Source: Octopus vulgaris
Lineage: Eukaryota
Direction: 5' to 3'
DNA length: 64,000 nucleotides
NCBI GenBank assembly: GCA_951406725.2
Contig: OX597822.1
Location: 23,684,001-23,748,000 of the forward strand
Under the pieces are notes generated by a model. That model ran no database searches, was not told where the DNA came from, and saw only the letters and a list, made by a program, of their open reading frames with translations. Of this stretch, positions 43,075-57,789 are shown piece after piece. Position numbers and translations under genes: made by a program. Every line of letters starts with the position of its first letter. The stretch's first letter is position 1.

Positions 43075-43700
43075 CTTTTCTACTCAAGGCACAAAGCCCG
43101 AAATTTGCGGGGATGTGGCCAGTCGATTAGATCGATTCCAGTAAGCAACTGGTACTTAATTTATCGACTCCGAAAGGATGAAAGGCAAATCGACCTCGGC
43201 AGAATTTGAACTCAGAACGTAACGGCAGACGAAATACCTATTCCTTTACTACCCACAAGGGGTTAAACACAGAGGGGACAAACAAGGACAGACAAAGGGA
43301 TTAAGTCGATTATATCGACCCCAGTGCGTAACTGGTACTTATCTAAACGACCCCGAAAGGATGAAAGGCAAAGTGGACCTCGGCGGAATTTGAACTCAGA
43401 ACATAACGGCAGACGAAATACCGCTAAGCATTTCGTCCGGCACACTAACGTTTTTGCCAGATCGCCACTTTCGTCATTTATAATAGTCTTTTCTGCTCTA
43501 GGCACAAGGCTCGAAATTTTGGGGAGGGGGCCAGTCGATTAGATGAACCCCTGTACGCAACTGGTACTTACTTTATCGACCCCGAAAGGATGAAAGGTAA
43601 ATTCGACCTCGGGGGAATTTGAACTCATAACGTAAAGACAGACAAAATACCGCAAATCATTTCGCCTGATATGCTTACATTTCTGTCAGTTCGCCACCTT
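43075..43700 (-). mobile_element. Tandem cluster of three family A SINEs
   Basis: Repeated gtacttaatttatcgac..gaaaggatgaaaggcaaa..gaatttgaactcag blocks. Confidence 0.85.
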
Positions 43701-43959
43701 GACGGAAGTAGTAATTAATCAACGAGGAGTACACCACTAACCACTCATCAAGGTTGCGTACACATCAACTCCAATTGTTAGCCATGAACTATAAAATAAC
43801 CCTTTTCAGCTTATCGAACTTTACAATCTTCTACATCAATAAACCACCATTGTTCCTTGAAGCTGTTTGTTATACTTTCTACAGACTGCGCCTGGATCCC
43901 TGGATCTTAACTTCACACATACACACACACACACGGACACACATATAAATATACATATA

Positions 43960-44735
43960 AGATAAAAGAAGGAAAATGCACACTGTTTACATAGTTTTAA
44001 TATATTTTAAAATATATTTTATAAGTGAAACAGTATTGTGTTTGTCGACCGGTTTCAATTTCGCGAATCATGACATTGAGATTATTGTAATTTCGTATTT
44101 TCTTCAAAAGATTTTAGTTCATGTTGTGTGTAGAGAAGGTTGTGAATGAATGATTTCACAAGTAAAAAGATCTAAGGTGAGGTAATTGTTGATCGTTATT
44201 ATTGGGGACAGGGGAAACAAAAGGTAACACCACACCTCATCTGAGCTTACTATCGTATATATCAACTTATAACATTAGAAACAGTAAGGCATACATTATT
44301 GTACAAAGTCTACCTATGCTTACTAGGGATCGAAAAATGAATAAACATTCTGAAAATACATAAAGTCATCATATGTAAAATGCAATACAAATCGCTGAAA
44401 TGACTTCTAAAGCTTTACACAGCAACCACGAAACCAACGATTAAAAATGTGGACGCCCAAACTGTGGAACATGCCCCAACCTCCTGGAAGGCTCGGAATT
44501 CCAATTCAAACAAAGAGAGAGGTTAACAATTAAAACCTACTTCGCTTGCGCTTCAGAGAATCTAATTTATGTTATAACCCGTTCAGGTTGTGAATATAAC
44601 TATATAGGACAGACAAGTATGACACTCAAACGGAGAACCACACTACATTAGGAACAGATCCAGTTCCCGCAATACATACAGATTCCTTTGAGGGAACACA
44701 TAGTGAGATGTGCAGGTAATATCAAACCATACGTC
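43960..44735 (+). mobile_element. Penelope-like element fragment (linker + GIY-YIG) with inverted pLTR relic upstream
   Basis: KCGRPNCGTCPNLLEGSEF...CASENLIYVIT..GC..NYIGQT is homologous to 62121-62400; a minus-strand hammerhead relic lies at 44043-44075. Confidence 0.8.
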
Positions 44736-44820
44736 ACAGTAACTGAGGTTTGGCATCACGCTTTGAAACTTGAAGTATCAAGGAGTTTGAATCAAACAAT
44801 TTTGATCCCTATATATATAG

Positions 44821-45040
44821 CACGAGGGGTTGCTAAAGAGTTCTTGACTTTAAGGGCAGTGTAGAAGGTCCGGCTGGAGGCCCAACCCTCCGAGTTCTTT
44901 TACAGGGCTTAGAAAGACTGAAGGACCGCTGCATTAAGTGTGTGAATCCGAGAGAGAAATATGATGAATATAATCATAAGTAACTGATCCTCTTGCATTT
45001 TCTTTACCCAAAGGCAAGAACTTTTCTACACTCCTTCGTA
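44821..45040 (+). mobile_element. Mariner-derived MITE
   Basis: Imperfect TIRs cacgaggggttgctaaagagttcttgacttt / aaaggcaagaacttttctacactccttcgta; the interior resembles a transposase C-terminus (LERLKDRCIKCVN..REY). Confidence 0.7.
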
Positions 45041-46179
45041 TATCTGTATGTGTTCATTTATGTATTTTTGTATATGTTTATATACACAAAATCGTTTTCT
45101 TTAGCCCAAATGGTTATAGATCTAAAACTCGCAATAACTGGTAATGTACTGAGTGCTCACATGAATGTATTGTAATACACACAAAAATATGTATCCTGGT
45201 GTTTATATTTTTTCATATATAAGGGTGTTTTTATTCTCTCTCTTTCTTTACCTCACTTTCCCATCCTCTCTCTTTCTACCCTCTCTCTTTCTTTCCCTCT
45301 CTTTTTCTCTCCTTCTCTCTTACTCTCTCTCTTTTCCTCTTTCTCTTCCTCTTTCTTACTCTCTCTCTTTCCCTCTTTCTCTTCCTCTTTCTTACTCTCT
45401 CTTTCTCTCTTTCTCTCTTTCTCTTCCTTTCTATCTACACTATACGCTATCAATTGTGTTTCGTTCTTTACTCTTTACGATTTTTCTGTTGACCTTAAAT
45501 TCCGTCTCAAGATAAAAATCAAAATTTCACCGTGTGCCATTCAAAAAGAACAACAAACACAAACAAAATCAAACGATTACAAAAACAAACAGAAAGCACT
45601 GCAACAATAAAAGCATATAAACCATACATATAAACAAACAAATAATAGCTTTCTTACAAAGAACAATTTTCAGTCTAACACTTTTCTTTTAATAAGTCAA
45701 TGATTCACCAAAACTATACATACATTCTGTACCCATCAGAAGAGAAAAAGAAAATCGTAGTGCACCGACTGAGGCTATTTGTTGTTCGTTATTAATAAAG
45801 GGGCCTATGACTTATCTTATGATGGCAGACATTTTGGATTTATTTCCTCTTTTATTTTCGTCTTTCCCCTTTTTTTAGTTTGATTTTTATATCAGGATCC
45901 ATTGAAATCTTCTAAAGATACAGTCTACGAGATAAATCATTCAAATGGTAATAATTTAATCGTCTGAAGTTGTGTTTTTGAAGGAGATTTGATGTTAAAG
46001 TATTAAAAAAGATGAGTAGAAAGTTGGAAGAGTTTCGTGGTGTTATTTCAAGTGTATTCGCTATGTTTAATGCTTGCAAATAACTTTCATCCATCCCTCT
46101 TAAAAAACAAACATATCAACCAGAATATTTTGTTTGCAAAAATTAATTGATTGTTGTTATATACTATCATATTGCCATA

Positions 46180-46395
46180 AGGCAGCAACATGTCCGAATC
46201 GTTAGCAAGCCGGACAAAATGCTTAGCGGCATTTCGTCTGTCGTTTCGTTCTGAGTTCAAATTCCGCTGCGGTCGACTTTGCTTTTCATCCCTTTCGGGG
46301 TCGGTAAAATAAATATCAGTTGAGCATTGGGGCCGATTGAAATGGCTAAGTCTCTCTCCAGAAAATTTCAGTTCTTCCGTCAATAGTAGAAAGAA
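46180..46395 (+). mobile_element. Family A SINE
   Basis: gcttagcggcatttcgtctg..gttctgagttcaaattccgc..ggtcgactttgc. Confidence 0.8.
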
Positions 46396-46795
46396 TTTTA
46401 TCGCTACAAAGGCCTAGTATGGTCAAACGTATGTTTAGCTGGTGAGGTCAGAATAAAACCAAAACTTATCTGAGTTGTCTACCACAGTTGCAAAATAATA
46501 AAAAAAATGAAATTATTTTAGTCATTCAGTTATATTGATGTCAAAGGCAGCAATTAGGAAGAATAGCTAGCAGTATTCCTTCAGAGTTCAGTTCCTGCCT
46601 TGTGCAATATGCAACTTTTGCTTTCGCAGTTTCTATTTCGATAAAGATAATACCAGTCCGATATTAGGGTCACTTATTTCCTGCTCCCCTTCTCTCTATC
46701 GCTCTCTCTCTTCTATCTGCAACAAATTGGCAGTGCTCGCTCAGATCTGCAAAGAATTGAATCTACCAGGATTAAAATAATAAAGGTAGTGCTGT

Positions 46796-46861
<66 letters not shown>

Positions 46862-47169
46862 GTGTGTGTGTGTACGTGTGTGTGTGTGTGTGTGCATGCA
46901 TGTATATATATGAGATAATAGTTTCAGTATTAATAGTGAAAGTATTATCTCACATTACAATAATTATGTTATTGTTTCACTTTTGACACATAAAACTGAA
47001 ATAGTGTAATAGATAAACGATTGCTCTGGGCTCACATTCGGAAAGAAGCCGAAAATTCTTTTGCCCATGACTATGCATGGACCTTGAAATCGTTCCCGAG
47101 TTTCAGTGATGCACACATACAGACACACAGACAGACACATTCTCAGTTTTGTATATATAGATATATATA

Positions 47170-47330
47170 TACAACAGGCTTATTTCCAACTACCAAATCT
47201 ACTCACAAGGCTTTGGTCGGCCCGAGGTTATAGTAGAAGACACTTGCTCAAGGTGCCAATGCAGTGGGACTGAACCCGGAACAATATGGTTGGGAAGAAA
47301 ACTTTTTACCAAACAGCCATGCCTGCGCCT
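47170..47330 (-). mobile_element. Family B SINE, 5' half
   Basis: actcacaaggctttggtcggcccgagg..gtgggactgaacccgga. Confidence 0.8.
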
Positions 47331-47922
47331 ATATCTTTGAGAATTTCGCAAATTGCATTTGTACGATTCCGTTACGTTTCAGGAATTCCTCCATCGAACA
47401 AAATTATGTCACTGCTATTTTATGCAACGGTTCAGCACCGAGTCTTGGATTCATTAAGACTGCTGCCTCTTTAAACAGAACATTCATTGAAATTTAATAT
47501 CATTCCATTTTTGTTTATATGTTTTCTTCTATTTTTAAATCTAGTCTAGCAGACACACATACACACACACACAAACACACATACACACACACACACGCAC
47601 ACACGCACACACACACACACAGTGGCCGTGTTGTTTATCTACTTTTATAATTGTATGTATTTATGTATATACACATTCTTATCATTTTTTATACGTGTAT
47701 ATATGTATACACACAGACATATGTAAACATATGTGCAGGTGCATACATATATAATATATGCATACAATCATATGTGTGTGTGTGTAAGTTTGTGTGTGTG
47801 TGTATGCATATGTATACCATGTATACATATATAAAGTTATATTTATGTAAATGTATGAATATGAAATGTATATGTGTACGTATGTATATATATATATATA
47901 TGTGTATATATATATGTGTGTT

Positions 47923-47955
<33 letters not shown>

Positions 47956-48260
47956 CGCAGTGAGGAGTAAGGTCATATTCGCGATATGAAAATGTCAGTT
48001 CACTTCAGGAAATCTGTCTTCTTAGAATTACCTTTGTATTCACTACATTTTCGCATTTTTTCCCTCTCTTCTTCCATTCCAGAAGCTTATTTTCTGTCAA
48101 TGGAATGCCAACATGTAAAAAAGAATTCATTAACATTGACATGATGCTAACTAAACAATCAGAAACCAACACATTTCTTAGAAACATAACAAGCGAGAGG
48201 AGTTGTTTGGCTTGAAGTAGCCATTTTGTAGACACTAAATACATAACACGTACGCACACA

Positions 48261-48353
<93 letters not shown>

Positions 48354-48660
48354 ACACATAATGCTCAAACATCCCGCACTAATCGGGGGATACAGAAAAT
48401 AAAAATAAAAATAACAATCATGATGATGACAACGAAAACGACGACGACAATGATGATAGTCTCAAATTTAGTCACAAGACCAGCAATTTCAAAGGAGGAG
48501 GGAAAGTCGATTGAATCGACGCTATTGCTCACCTGGTACTCATTTTATCGACCCCGAAAGAGATGAAAGGCAAAGTAGACCTCGGCAGAATTTGAACTCA
48601 GAACGTAAAGACGGACGAAATGCTGCGAGCTATTTGGTCGGCATGTCAATTCGCACCTTA

Positions 48661-49435
48661 TTAAACGGGCTCACAGAGGCATTAGTGTGCAGCGCCCAAG
48701 AACAAGCTCTCAGAACAAACTACTCCAAATATTACATTGATAAAAGTACTGACTCGCCACAGTGTAGGATGTGCTCTGAGAAGGGTGAAACTATAAGCCA
48801 TATTGTTAGTGAGTGCTGTAAGCTCGCACAACACGAATACAAAAGGAGACACGACAATGTGGCCAGATATAGCCACTGGCTGTTGTGCGGTAAAGCAAAT
48901 CATGAGAGAGCCAAACAATGGTATAAACACAAGCCAGGGGGAGTAATGGGAAACGAACATTGCAAAATTACTCTGGGCTTTTAACATGCAGTGCGACCAA
49001 GTCATAGAGGCGAGACGACCAGATATCAGGTTCATCCATAAAGATGAAAAAGAAATAAAGATAATTGATGATGCAATACCAGGCGATTCGAGGGTGAACT
49101 GTAAGGAAACAGAAAAGATTGAGAAATACCAGCCACTGCGGGACGAGATAGGAAAGTTATGGGGCATGAGGAAGTAATGGTGATACCGGTGGTAACTGGA
49201 GAATTAGGAGCAGTTTCCAAGGGCTTTGAAAAACATATTAAGAATATTGGAGCTGTTGTCAGGCTCGAGATGATCTAGAAGACAGCATTGTTGGGTATAC
49301 AGCTCGCATTCTAAGGAGAGTATTGTTTTTTGAGTCACAGGAAAAGACACTACTTGAAACCTTTGGTGAGTTGTTGCTGTTTGCTTTCAAATAAAGAATA
49401 ACCGGTAATTAAGAACTATATGAGAGTCTTTCAGA
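48661..49435 (+). pseudogene. R4/Dong-clade LINE 3' end (zinc knuckle + RLE + 3' UTR)
   Basis: AQEQALRTN..CRMCSEKGETISHIVSEC..YKRRHDNVA..RRPDI..IID.AIPGD..EKIEKYQPL; frameshifted. Confidence 0.85.
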
Positions 49436-49518
49436 ATAACAATAACGATAACAACAACAACAACAACAACAACAACATTAATAATAATAATAATAATAAT
49501 AACAACAACAACAACAAC
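49436..49518. repeat. (AAT/AAC)n microsatellite between two R4/Dong segments
   Basis: Directly visible; Dong elements are known to target TAA repeats. Confidence 0.9.
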
Positions 49519-49519
49519 C

Positions 49520-51860
49520 CTCAATATTGAGTGAAAATATCTAATACAAGTGTATTGAATAATGGTATGAATGAGGCTGAAACCAAAGGTGAAAGCCTTT
49601 CGCCCAGCAGGTGTCTCGTGGTTCAACAGTGTAGGCCTGGTTGTCATCCACAGACTTCTTATACACAAAGTCAGAGGCAGAGAAGGTGGGATAAGGGAAC
49701 AAACTGAACTGTTATTGAATGCTGGATCAGACGTGGACCTAGCAGAAGGGGATTCCAACAACGCATGAAATCAGAATGGGATAGAATAGGACTCTTCGAG
49801 GTAAGTGAACAACAGTTAGTCGACCAGGCAAGAGCAATATGAATAAAAGGGTAGTTAACAGACATGGAAATTGAAGGACTAAAAAGGAAAATAGAAAACA
49901 GTGATAATATTTCACCAGCAGATAACGTGCCAAGCGAGGGCAGTGAAGATGTAGTGCAGAGTGTAAATGCAAGTGCACTCTCCGCAAATGAAATAGAAGA
50001 GCGATATCACAAGAATACGATAATGATCAACAAGACGTATTGAGGATGATGTTCCGATATATTAGAGAAGACCAGTATGAAGCACACCCCACATTTGAGG
50101 TATGTTGAGCGACGCAAGCTCAAAGCTGAAACTGAAAGAATAGATTCTATCCTTGGACTATTCCTGACGGGAAATATAACCGAAACTAACAAGATTATCT
50201 GGATTGCATCTCTGGTTGCTGCAGATAGAGTTGGATACAAAAGAAGAGAACATAATGTACACAAAGTTAGAAAGAGATTTAGGACAAATTGATAGATTGA
50301 AAAGGGGTGAGTTTCAGAATGAAAGCATAAGATTGGCAAGAACAAATAGAATACGGGATAAAGCGTATGGTGTGATATTGGAAGAATTGAAACAAAGAGT
50401 AATAGCAATCAAAGCAAAACTGGAAAGTTGTGACAGTTGAACAAAACAGATCAGAGAGAACAGATTGTCTGAAGCAAATCAGGAAAAAAAAAAAGACTGT
50501 TTCTGGAACTAGATGGGCATTACACGTAACAATTACACCAGATGTAGACAAAAGCAGGGCATTTTGTGGGGGAATCTGGGACCAACTTGTAAAGCATAAT
50601 GATGAAGCGGAGTGACTGCATGAAAACAAGATAGGTTAAGAAATATAGAAGGCAAAAACAGCATAAAAACAAGAACAGAAATTATAACAAAAGCAACCCC
50701 CAAATAGGAAGAGCTCAGAACCAGACGGGGTCCGGAGTCATTAGATTAAGACGCTGAGAGGACTCTATGAAAGGACAGTGCAACAGCTAGATGAGTGCTT
50801 GCAGGTTGGTGCAGTACCTAGCTATATGACAAAGGGAAAGACATTGCTATGTGCCAAGGATCCTGCAAAGGGTAATATTGTATCCAACTATCAACCAATA
50901 ACATGTCTTCTGCTAATGTAGAAACTATTTTGATCGACAAACTATATAGATACTTAGAAAAAAGTGGGCTGCTACCTGTTGAACAGAAAGGGCGCCGAAA
51001 AAGGAGACAGGAAAGGAAAGATCAGCTGTCAATTGATAATCTAATTATCAGAAACTGCTATAGAAGGCACACAAACCTGAGTATAGCATGAATCGATTAT
51101 CGTAAAGCATACGATATTTTTTTCTGTAGTTTCAGCTCAGAGCTGCGGCCATGCTGATGCACCGCCGTTTAATAATAATACTTTCTACTGGAAGCACAAG
51201 GCCTCAAATTTGGGGGAAGGGATTAAGTCGATAACATCGACTCCAGTGCGTAACTGGTACTAATTTTATCGACTTCGAAAGGATGAAAGGCAAAGTCGGC
51301 TCGACGGAATTTGAACTCAGAACGTAGAGACGGGCGAAATACTGCTAAGCATTTTGATAACGATCCTGCCAACTCGCCGGATTATGATAGCAAACTCTTG
51401 GATAAGAAGCATGGAAATGTATGGAGTAGCAGAATATATGAAAGGTGACGAGCTGGCAGTAATGCTAACACGCCGGGCGAAATGCTTAGCGGTATTTCGT
51501 CTGTCTTTACGTTCTGAGCTCAAATTCTGCCATGGTCAACTGCCTTTCATCCTTTCGGGATCTTTAAATTAAGTACCAGTAATCGACTGGGCTCGATCTA
51601 ATTGACTGGTCCTCTCCACTAAAATTTCGAGCCTTGTGCCTTGAGTAGAAAAGAATATATGGGAAGCTTTATATACAACAATATGAAATGTTGGAGAACT
51701 GAATTGACAGCAGGAAATCAGGTATTAGAAGAGGTAAAAATCAGAGCAGCAGTGTATCTCCACTGATCTTTGTACTGGGAATGATCCTCTTGAGCGGAAT
51801 ACTACAGAAGACAAAGTTGGCGTATGATTTGGGAAGTGGTAAGGGAAAACTGAACTACTA
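49520..51860 (+). pseudogene. R4/Dong-clade LINE 5' half (N-terminus + partial RT), interrupted by SINEs
   Basis: RRWDKGTN*TVIECW..PSRRGFQQRMKSEW..VSEQQLVDQARAI; PDGV; NYQPITCL; EQKG; IDYRKAYD; SPLIFVLGM. It ends before the YxDD motif. SINEs at about 51117-51380 and 51443-51655. Confidence 0.8.
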
Positions 51861-52367
51861 GCTTATTCTTAATCTCTCTTAATCTTATCCTTTTCATGTA
51901 AAAAGTTCTAAATCATTTGTAAAACAACAACGATGACATTTCTCTTCTGATAAACGTTAAGTCATTTAACACAACGTCGATAATCAAACATGAATATTTC
52001 TTCATTCACACCATTCTACAATGAAATCTTCAAAAACATTCCTAAGCGTTCCATACGAAAGCAAAGCGAAAGGGTCACTGAGAGCATTAATCGATATCTG
52101 TACCATATACAGGACGTTAACAACATTTAATAATAATATGCATTGTTTCTCAGAGAGAAATGATACGACGAGAAGAACAGAATTTCAGGATATCCACCTC
52201 TCAACAGTTTTATCAAATGAAACAAATGTTTGGGAAGAAATTTGAAAAGAATTTCCTGCTTTTTTGTTGTTGTTGTTTAAGCTGTTTGTTATTCGGATTC
52301 ACGAAATGGTCGGTGCAATTTTTCTATATTGTCCGATTGTGTAAAGAAACAGGATTGAAAATACAAC

Positions 52368-52449
<82 letters not shown>

Positions 52450-53663
52450 CGTGTATGCATGTATGTATGTATATATATATGCGTGTATATATATATGCAT
52501 ATATGTATGTATATAAGTATACATACATGTATATCTATATATACATATTCATATATATACATACACATATATAATCTTACTCTCTCCCTCTCTTATATAT
52601 ATTGATATATATATATATATAAACATAGATACATACATAAATACATACATACACACACACATACATACATACATAGATACATATATACATACATACATAC
52701 ACACATACATACATACATACATACACACACACATACATACATACATACATACATACATACATACATACATACATACATACATACATACATACATACATAC
52801 TCGCACGCACACACGCAAACATACATGAACATGCAGAAACAAGTGTTTACAAAAATTAAACAAATAAATAAATAAGTATAAACCGCAAAACGCGAAGACA
52901 AATTTGGAAAAAAACAAAAAACAAAAGCTAGAAAAACTCTTTCATGCAACGTTACATTTCGGTGAACATTTCAAATAGCATGAGAGGGTGGTGGCGGTAG
53001 GGGGGAGGTTGTGTGCGTGTAAGTGAGAGAGCGAGGGGGAGACAGAACATACGAATGCGTCTGAAATATGTGTGTGAGTTGTGTGTGCTAACAAGAATGT
53101 CCCGCCGTACACTTATCGTTGGCGAGAGCATATGAAAGTCATTAGGAACCAAGGTCACTGCGTTACGTTTTGTTGAGCCTCGCAATACGCATGGCGGCTT
53201 TTCTTAATTAAGCGTTGATACTGTCGCTTCTTTTACGACAAACGGTTTTAGCTGATATCTGATCTCGAACCACATGTTAACTGTTTTGTCTACACAATGA
53301 CGTACAGTGTTGTAGTGCCGCCTGTGTTGTATTTCCGCACCACTTATTATTACTCTAATAGTAGTAATACATGAGTGTGTGTGTGTGTATTTATATATAT
53401 ATATATGGATATGTGTGTGCGTATACACGGATATGCATGTAAGTATGTATGGGCATGCATATATGTATACATACATATATGTATATATGTATATACATAT
53501 AGACTATAGTAATTCCAATACTAATATATATATATATATGTATGTATGCATGTATGTATGTATTATGTATGCATGTATGTATACATACATGCATACATAT
53601 ATACATACATACATACATACATACATAGATATATTGTTTGTATGTATTATGTATGCATGTATG

Positions 53664-53695
<32 letters not shown>

Positions 53696-54059
53696 TGTAT
53701 GTTTAGACGTTATAAGAATTTAGAAGCTTTGAATGAACGTGAAATAATTCTTTTGCGTTTTGAAACTTCTAAATTTGTCGTAGATAAACTTATGAATAAT
53801 CGCATTTACATATTGGGTTAAAAACTGCCTGTAGAACTTGAACACACATCTTCTGTAAAGATTATTTATAGCTTTATCTGCTTCGAGTTTCACTACTCTC
53901 TGAAAAGAATTACATATACATGTATATGTGTGTATTAGTGTGTGTGTATATACATACATCCTTTTCTCGCGCGCACGCACACACACATACACACACATGC
54001 ACACATACATATGTGTAGAGTCTACAAAGGAGATCCAGAATTGTTCATTATAGAACACA

Positions 54060-54400
54060 CGTATTAGTGCTCAAATCATTTGAACTTACACGCCGAAGTC
54101 TTTATCAAGTGGGTATAAGAGAAATCCACGTTAGCTGATATGGAGATAGTGATGGAAATAAGCATGCGTGGCCTATTTGCTGATCTTTCCATCCTGACGA
54201 AGGAGGCCCGTATTACGGTAATATTCATATGCATCCTCTATTTGGTTGCACTTCCTTGAGCTGTTGTGCACTCCATCCGCCAATTATGAACATTAACTTT
54301 TACGCAATTCCGAGCCCCCAGAAACAGCTGTCGGACCTAAAATATCATGCCTTCTTACTTTTGCTTTCTGTATTTCTTGTACTCTATGGAAATTTATTTA
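54060..54400 (+). mobile_element. PLE 3' end/pLTR relic with hammerhead
   Basis: LNLHAEVFIK resembles the LNKRSEL..KCRH terminus; followed by CTGACGA (54194) ... GAAA-cagct-GTC (54321-54332). Confidence 0.5.
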
Positions 54401-54883
54401 TTTTGTAAATATATGAATATCTATATGCTTGTCCATGACTTGTCAGCTGAATATTTTCAGTTTTTGTCCCTCTCATTCTCGCTCCTTCTTTCTCTATCTC
54501 TTTCTCTCTCTCTCTCCTTTCTTCCTCTCTTTCTCTCTCTCGGATCTCTAGATCGTCTCCATATATATACATATCCCTATATATGTTTACATGTTTATAT
54601 GTATCTATATCTTATATATCAAACCCGAGCGTATTTATCTGCATCACTCTCTCTCTCAATACATATGTGTGTGCGTGTGTTTGTGTGCGTGTGTGTGTGT
54701 GTATGTGTGTATGTGTGTATTTGTGCGACCGTGCGCGCGTGTGTGTGTGTGCAAGTATAATTTCGTTTAGACATAACCGGGTGCAGAATGTAATATGAAA
54801 TTAAGTAAACAATAAAGCAACAAGAAATTATATCACGAACTTTATTACCTTACAGCTGTTTCGACTATAAGATGCAGTGCACG

Positions 54884-55130
54884 AGGCGCTGGCTTAATGA
54901 TTAGGGTGTTGCACACATAATCGTAAGACTATAGTTTCGATTCCTAGACCGAGCGATACGCTGTGTTCATGTGGAAAACACGTCATTTCACATTGTTTCA
55001 ATTTATTCGGCTGGCAAAGATGAATAATTCTGCAATATAGTGGTATCCGCCCAGGGGAGAACGTGTTTCGCCACAGAATCCAGGAAACTGGTCGCATTAG
55101 GCTACGGCTTTGGAGAGCCTTTCATCCTTT
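54884..55130 (+). mobile_element. Degenerate tRNA-derived SINE
   Basis: ggcgctggcttaatgattagg..gtttcgattcctagaccg and a V-like tail (ctgcaatatagtggtatccgcccagggg). Confidence 0.65.
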
Positions 55131-55193
55131 ATCTGATATGTGTGTGTATCAATATGTTATAGATATGAGATGGCCACAAAACCATGTTTAGTA

Positions 55194-55460
55194 CTTAGAG
55201 TGTTATTCGTCGTCTCAGAGGCTGTATGATCTTATGATGGACGTTTCGATTATTGGGACAGGTTCTGCATTGTGTTGTTGAGCAAAATGCTTCTTCTGGC
55301 GCTGTTCTGAGATAACTTCGACATCTGACGTGTCGCACCACCCCATGCACCTTATTCAGGCAACGTCGATTTGATGGAGCGAGTGAGCCGATGTTACGGC
55401 GCATACGTTTGATCGCTATAAATAAATCATTTGTGAAGGTTGTTTAGCAACAAATTACAA
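55194..55460 (+). mobile_element. Family D SINE
   Basis: Homologous to 23490-23745. Confidence 0.6.
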
Positions 55461-56481
55461 AATCGTCTTTCTCTCGGTCTACGAAAGACCACCACCACCA
55501 CCACCACCATCACCACCATCATCATCATCATTCGTCATCTCAGGGGAAGGTTTGTTTAACATTTATTTTGATACTCTATTAAAACAGAGGAAGGAGTAAG
55601 AGCGTGAACCCCACCCCAAACACACATACCAAAACAATAAATAAATAAGTAAATAAATAAATAAACAAACAAATAAATAAATAAATAAAAATAATAAAGC
55701 TTTGAGGTACGGTATCGCCAACAGAAACCAAACTCTGCCGAATGGTATGCGCTCGTACCGCCAGTATCTTTTTCTGCCCCACATGGTGTCCGAACTCATG
55801 GGCACTAAAACAAAACTAACCATTTTGTATTTACTCTTACCATTCTTGCAAATACAGACCACCACCAGTTTTCTTTAATTCCAGATTTTATCACATTAAT
55901 ATATGGTAAAATTCTTGCAGCTAAAACCGGAACCATCCCAGCGGAAGGAATGTAACCCGAACGGTGCACAAATACCTCTTGCAACTTTCACCTTTCGGCA
56001 ACGCAGTGAACCGTTGATTGGCCCCGGTGGACTCTTCCATGAACTCAAACGCCTAATGAGGCGCTTGTTCGCCAATGCATACATACATACGTACGTACGT
56101 ACATACATACATACATACATACATACATACATACATACATACATACACAGATACGTATACATTCATACTTACACACACACACACATATATATGATGTGTA
56201 TATATACACTTGTATGTATATATATATGTATATAGAATTACGCATATATAGATATATACATGTACATATATACACATAGTGCATACCTCTATATCTATGT
56301 ATGCGTACATGTGATATATCTATATATGCATATACATGTATTATATGTATGTATATGTATGTGTGTGTGTGCGCGCGCGTGTGTGTATACATATTCATAT
56401 GTAAGCACATTTATATATATACATATACATAGATACACAGATGCACACACATACACAGATATACACGCACATTCCATATAC

Positions 56482-56528
<47 letters not shown>

Positions 56529-56557
56529 CGTGTGTTCCTATGCATATACATATATGT

Positions 56558-56602
<45 letters not shown>

Positions 56603-56606
56603 CATG

Positions 56607-56668
<62 letters not shown>

Positions 56669-57789
56669 GGGAAAGAGAAAATCGGAAGATGTGAGGCGGA
56701 GTGTTGGAGGAGAGGTGAAGTCAAAGAAAAGTGGTGTGTCGGAGAGAGAATAATCGATAGTATATGGGAGTAATCGATACACGTCCATTGTTCCACATGA
56801 ATGCACGATACACCAAAAATACACCAAACTATTACTATCAAAGACGCATATAACTGTTCACTGTTTCAACTGTGCATTGTCCTGCACTCTGCCCTTCTCC
56901 TATATCTTCATCACCAACTTCATCATCATGATCATCATGATCATCATCATCATCATCATCATTGCCAACATTATCATCGCCCTCGTCGTCGTCATTATCA
57001 TCATCGTTGTCAATGTCGTCGTCACCATCATCATCATCATCATCATCATCATTATTATCATTAACGTTGTTGCCGTGATCGTAGTAGTAGTAGTAGTAGT
57101 AGTGGCAGTTCTTGGTCGATGTCATCAACATCATCTTCATCGCCAACGCCACAACCATCTCTACCACCACCACCACTACCACAACCACCGCCACCACCAC
57201 CACCACCACCACCACCACCACCACCACCACCACCACCACCACCGCCACCACCACCGCAATCGCGACAATCACCATCAACAACAGTACTAGTACCACCACC
57301 ACTACTACTATTACTACCATCACTACCACCACCACCATCATCATCATTTACTTCTTACCGCAGCAGCGGAAGTGGCAGCAGCAGTAGTAGTAGCAGTAGC
57401 AGCAGCGTTAAATAGAATGGAAGAACGGGATTATGCCCCTTTACATTCGATTACGCCCCTTTCCATTCAGATTCTATAGGGATCATTCTTTATCGACCAA
57501 TCAGTATTATATGATCTATTATTTTATTACCCCAAATTTTATTATCTTGTGCCGCTAACAGAAATTAACACGTGTGTGTCGGGAGTGCCTGCGTGTAAAT
57601 GTGTGCACGTGTGTGCAGGCCCCCTCAAAAAAGTGTTACATCCCCCCCTCCTGGACAAAGCAATGCCCTAGTGCCTATAGTATATATTTATTTATTGACA
57701 GCAAGCCACAACATAGGTAGAGTGGCATTGAGCTCCTAAATTCATTCCCATCGCCTGGATAAACTATCATGTGTGCCTATGCATTATAG

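Noticed and set aside
49598-49745. Apparent foreign insertion in the R4/Dong 5' region
   Set aside because: On the plus strand it reads as the expected R4-type N-terminal motif (RRW...VIECW...RGFQQRM).
55700-56080. GC-richer unique block with 88-110 aa ORFs
   Set aside because: No recognisable domains, and the ORFs run into (ATAC)n; possibly a DNA transposon remnant or regulatory DNA.
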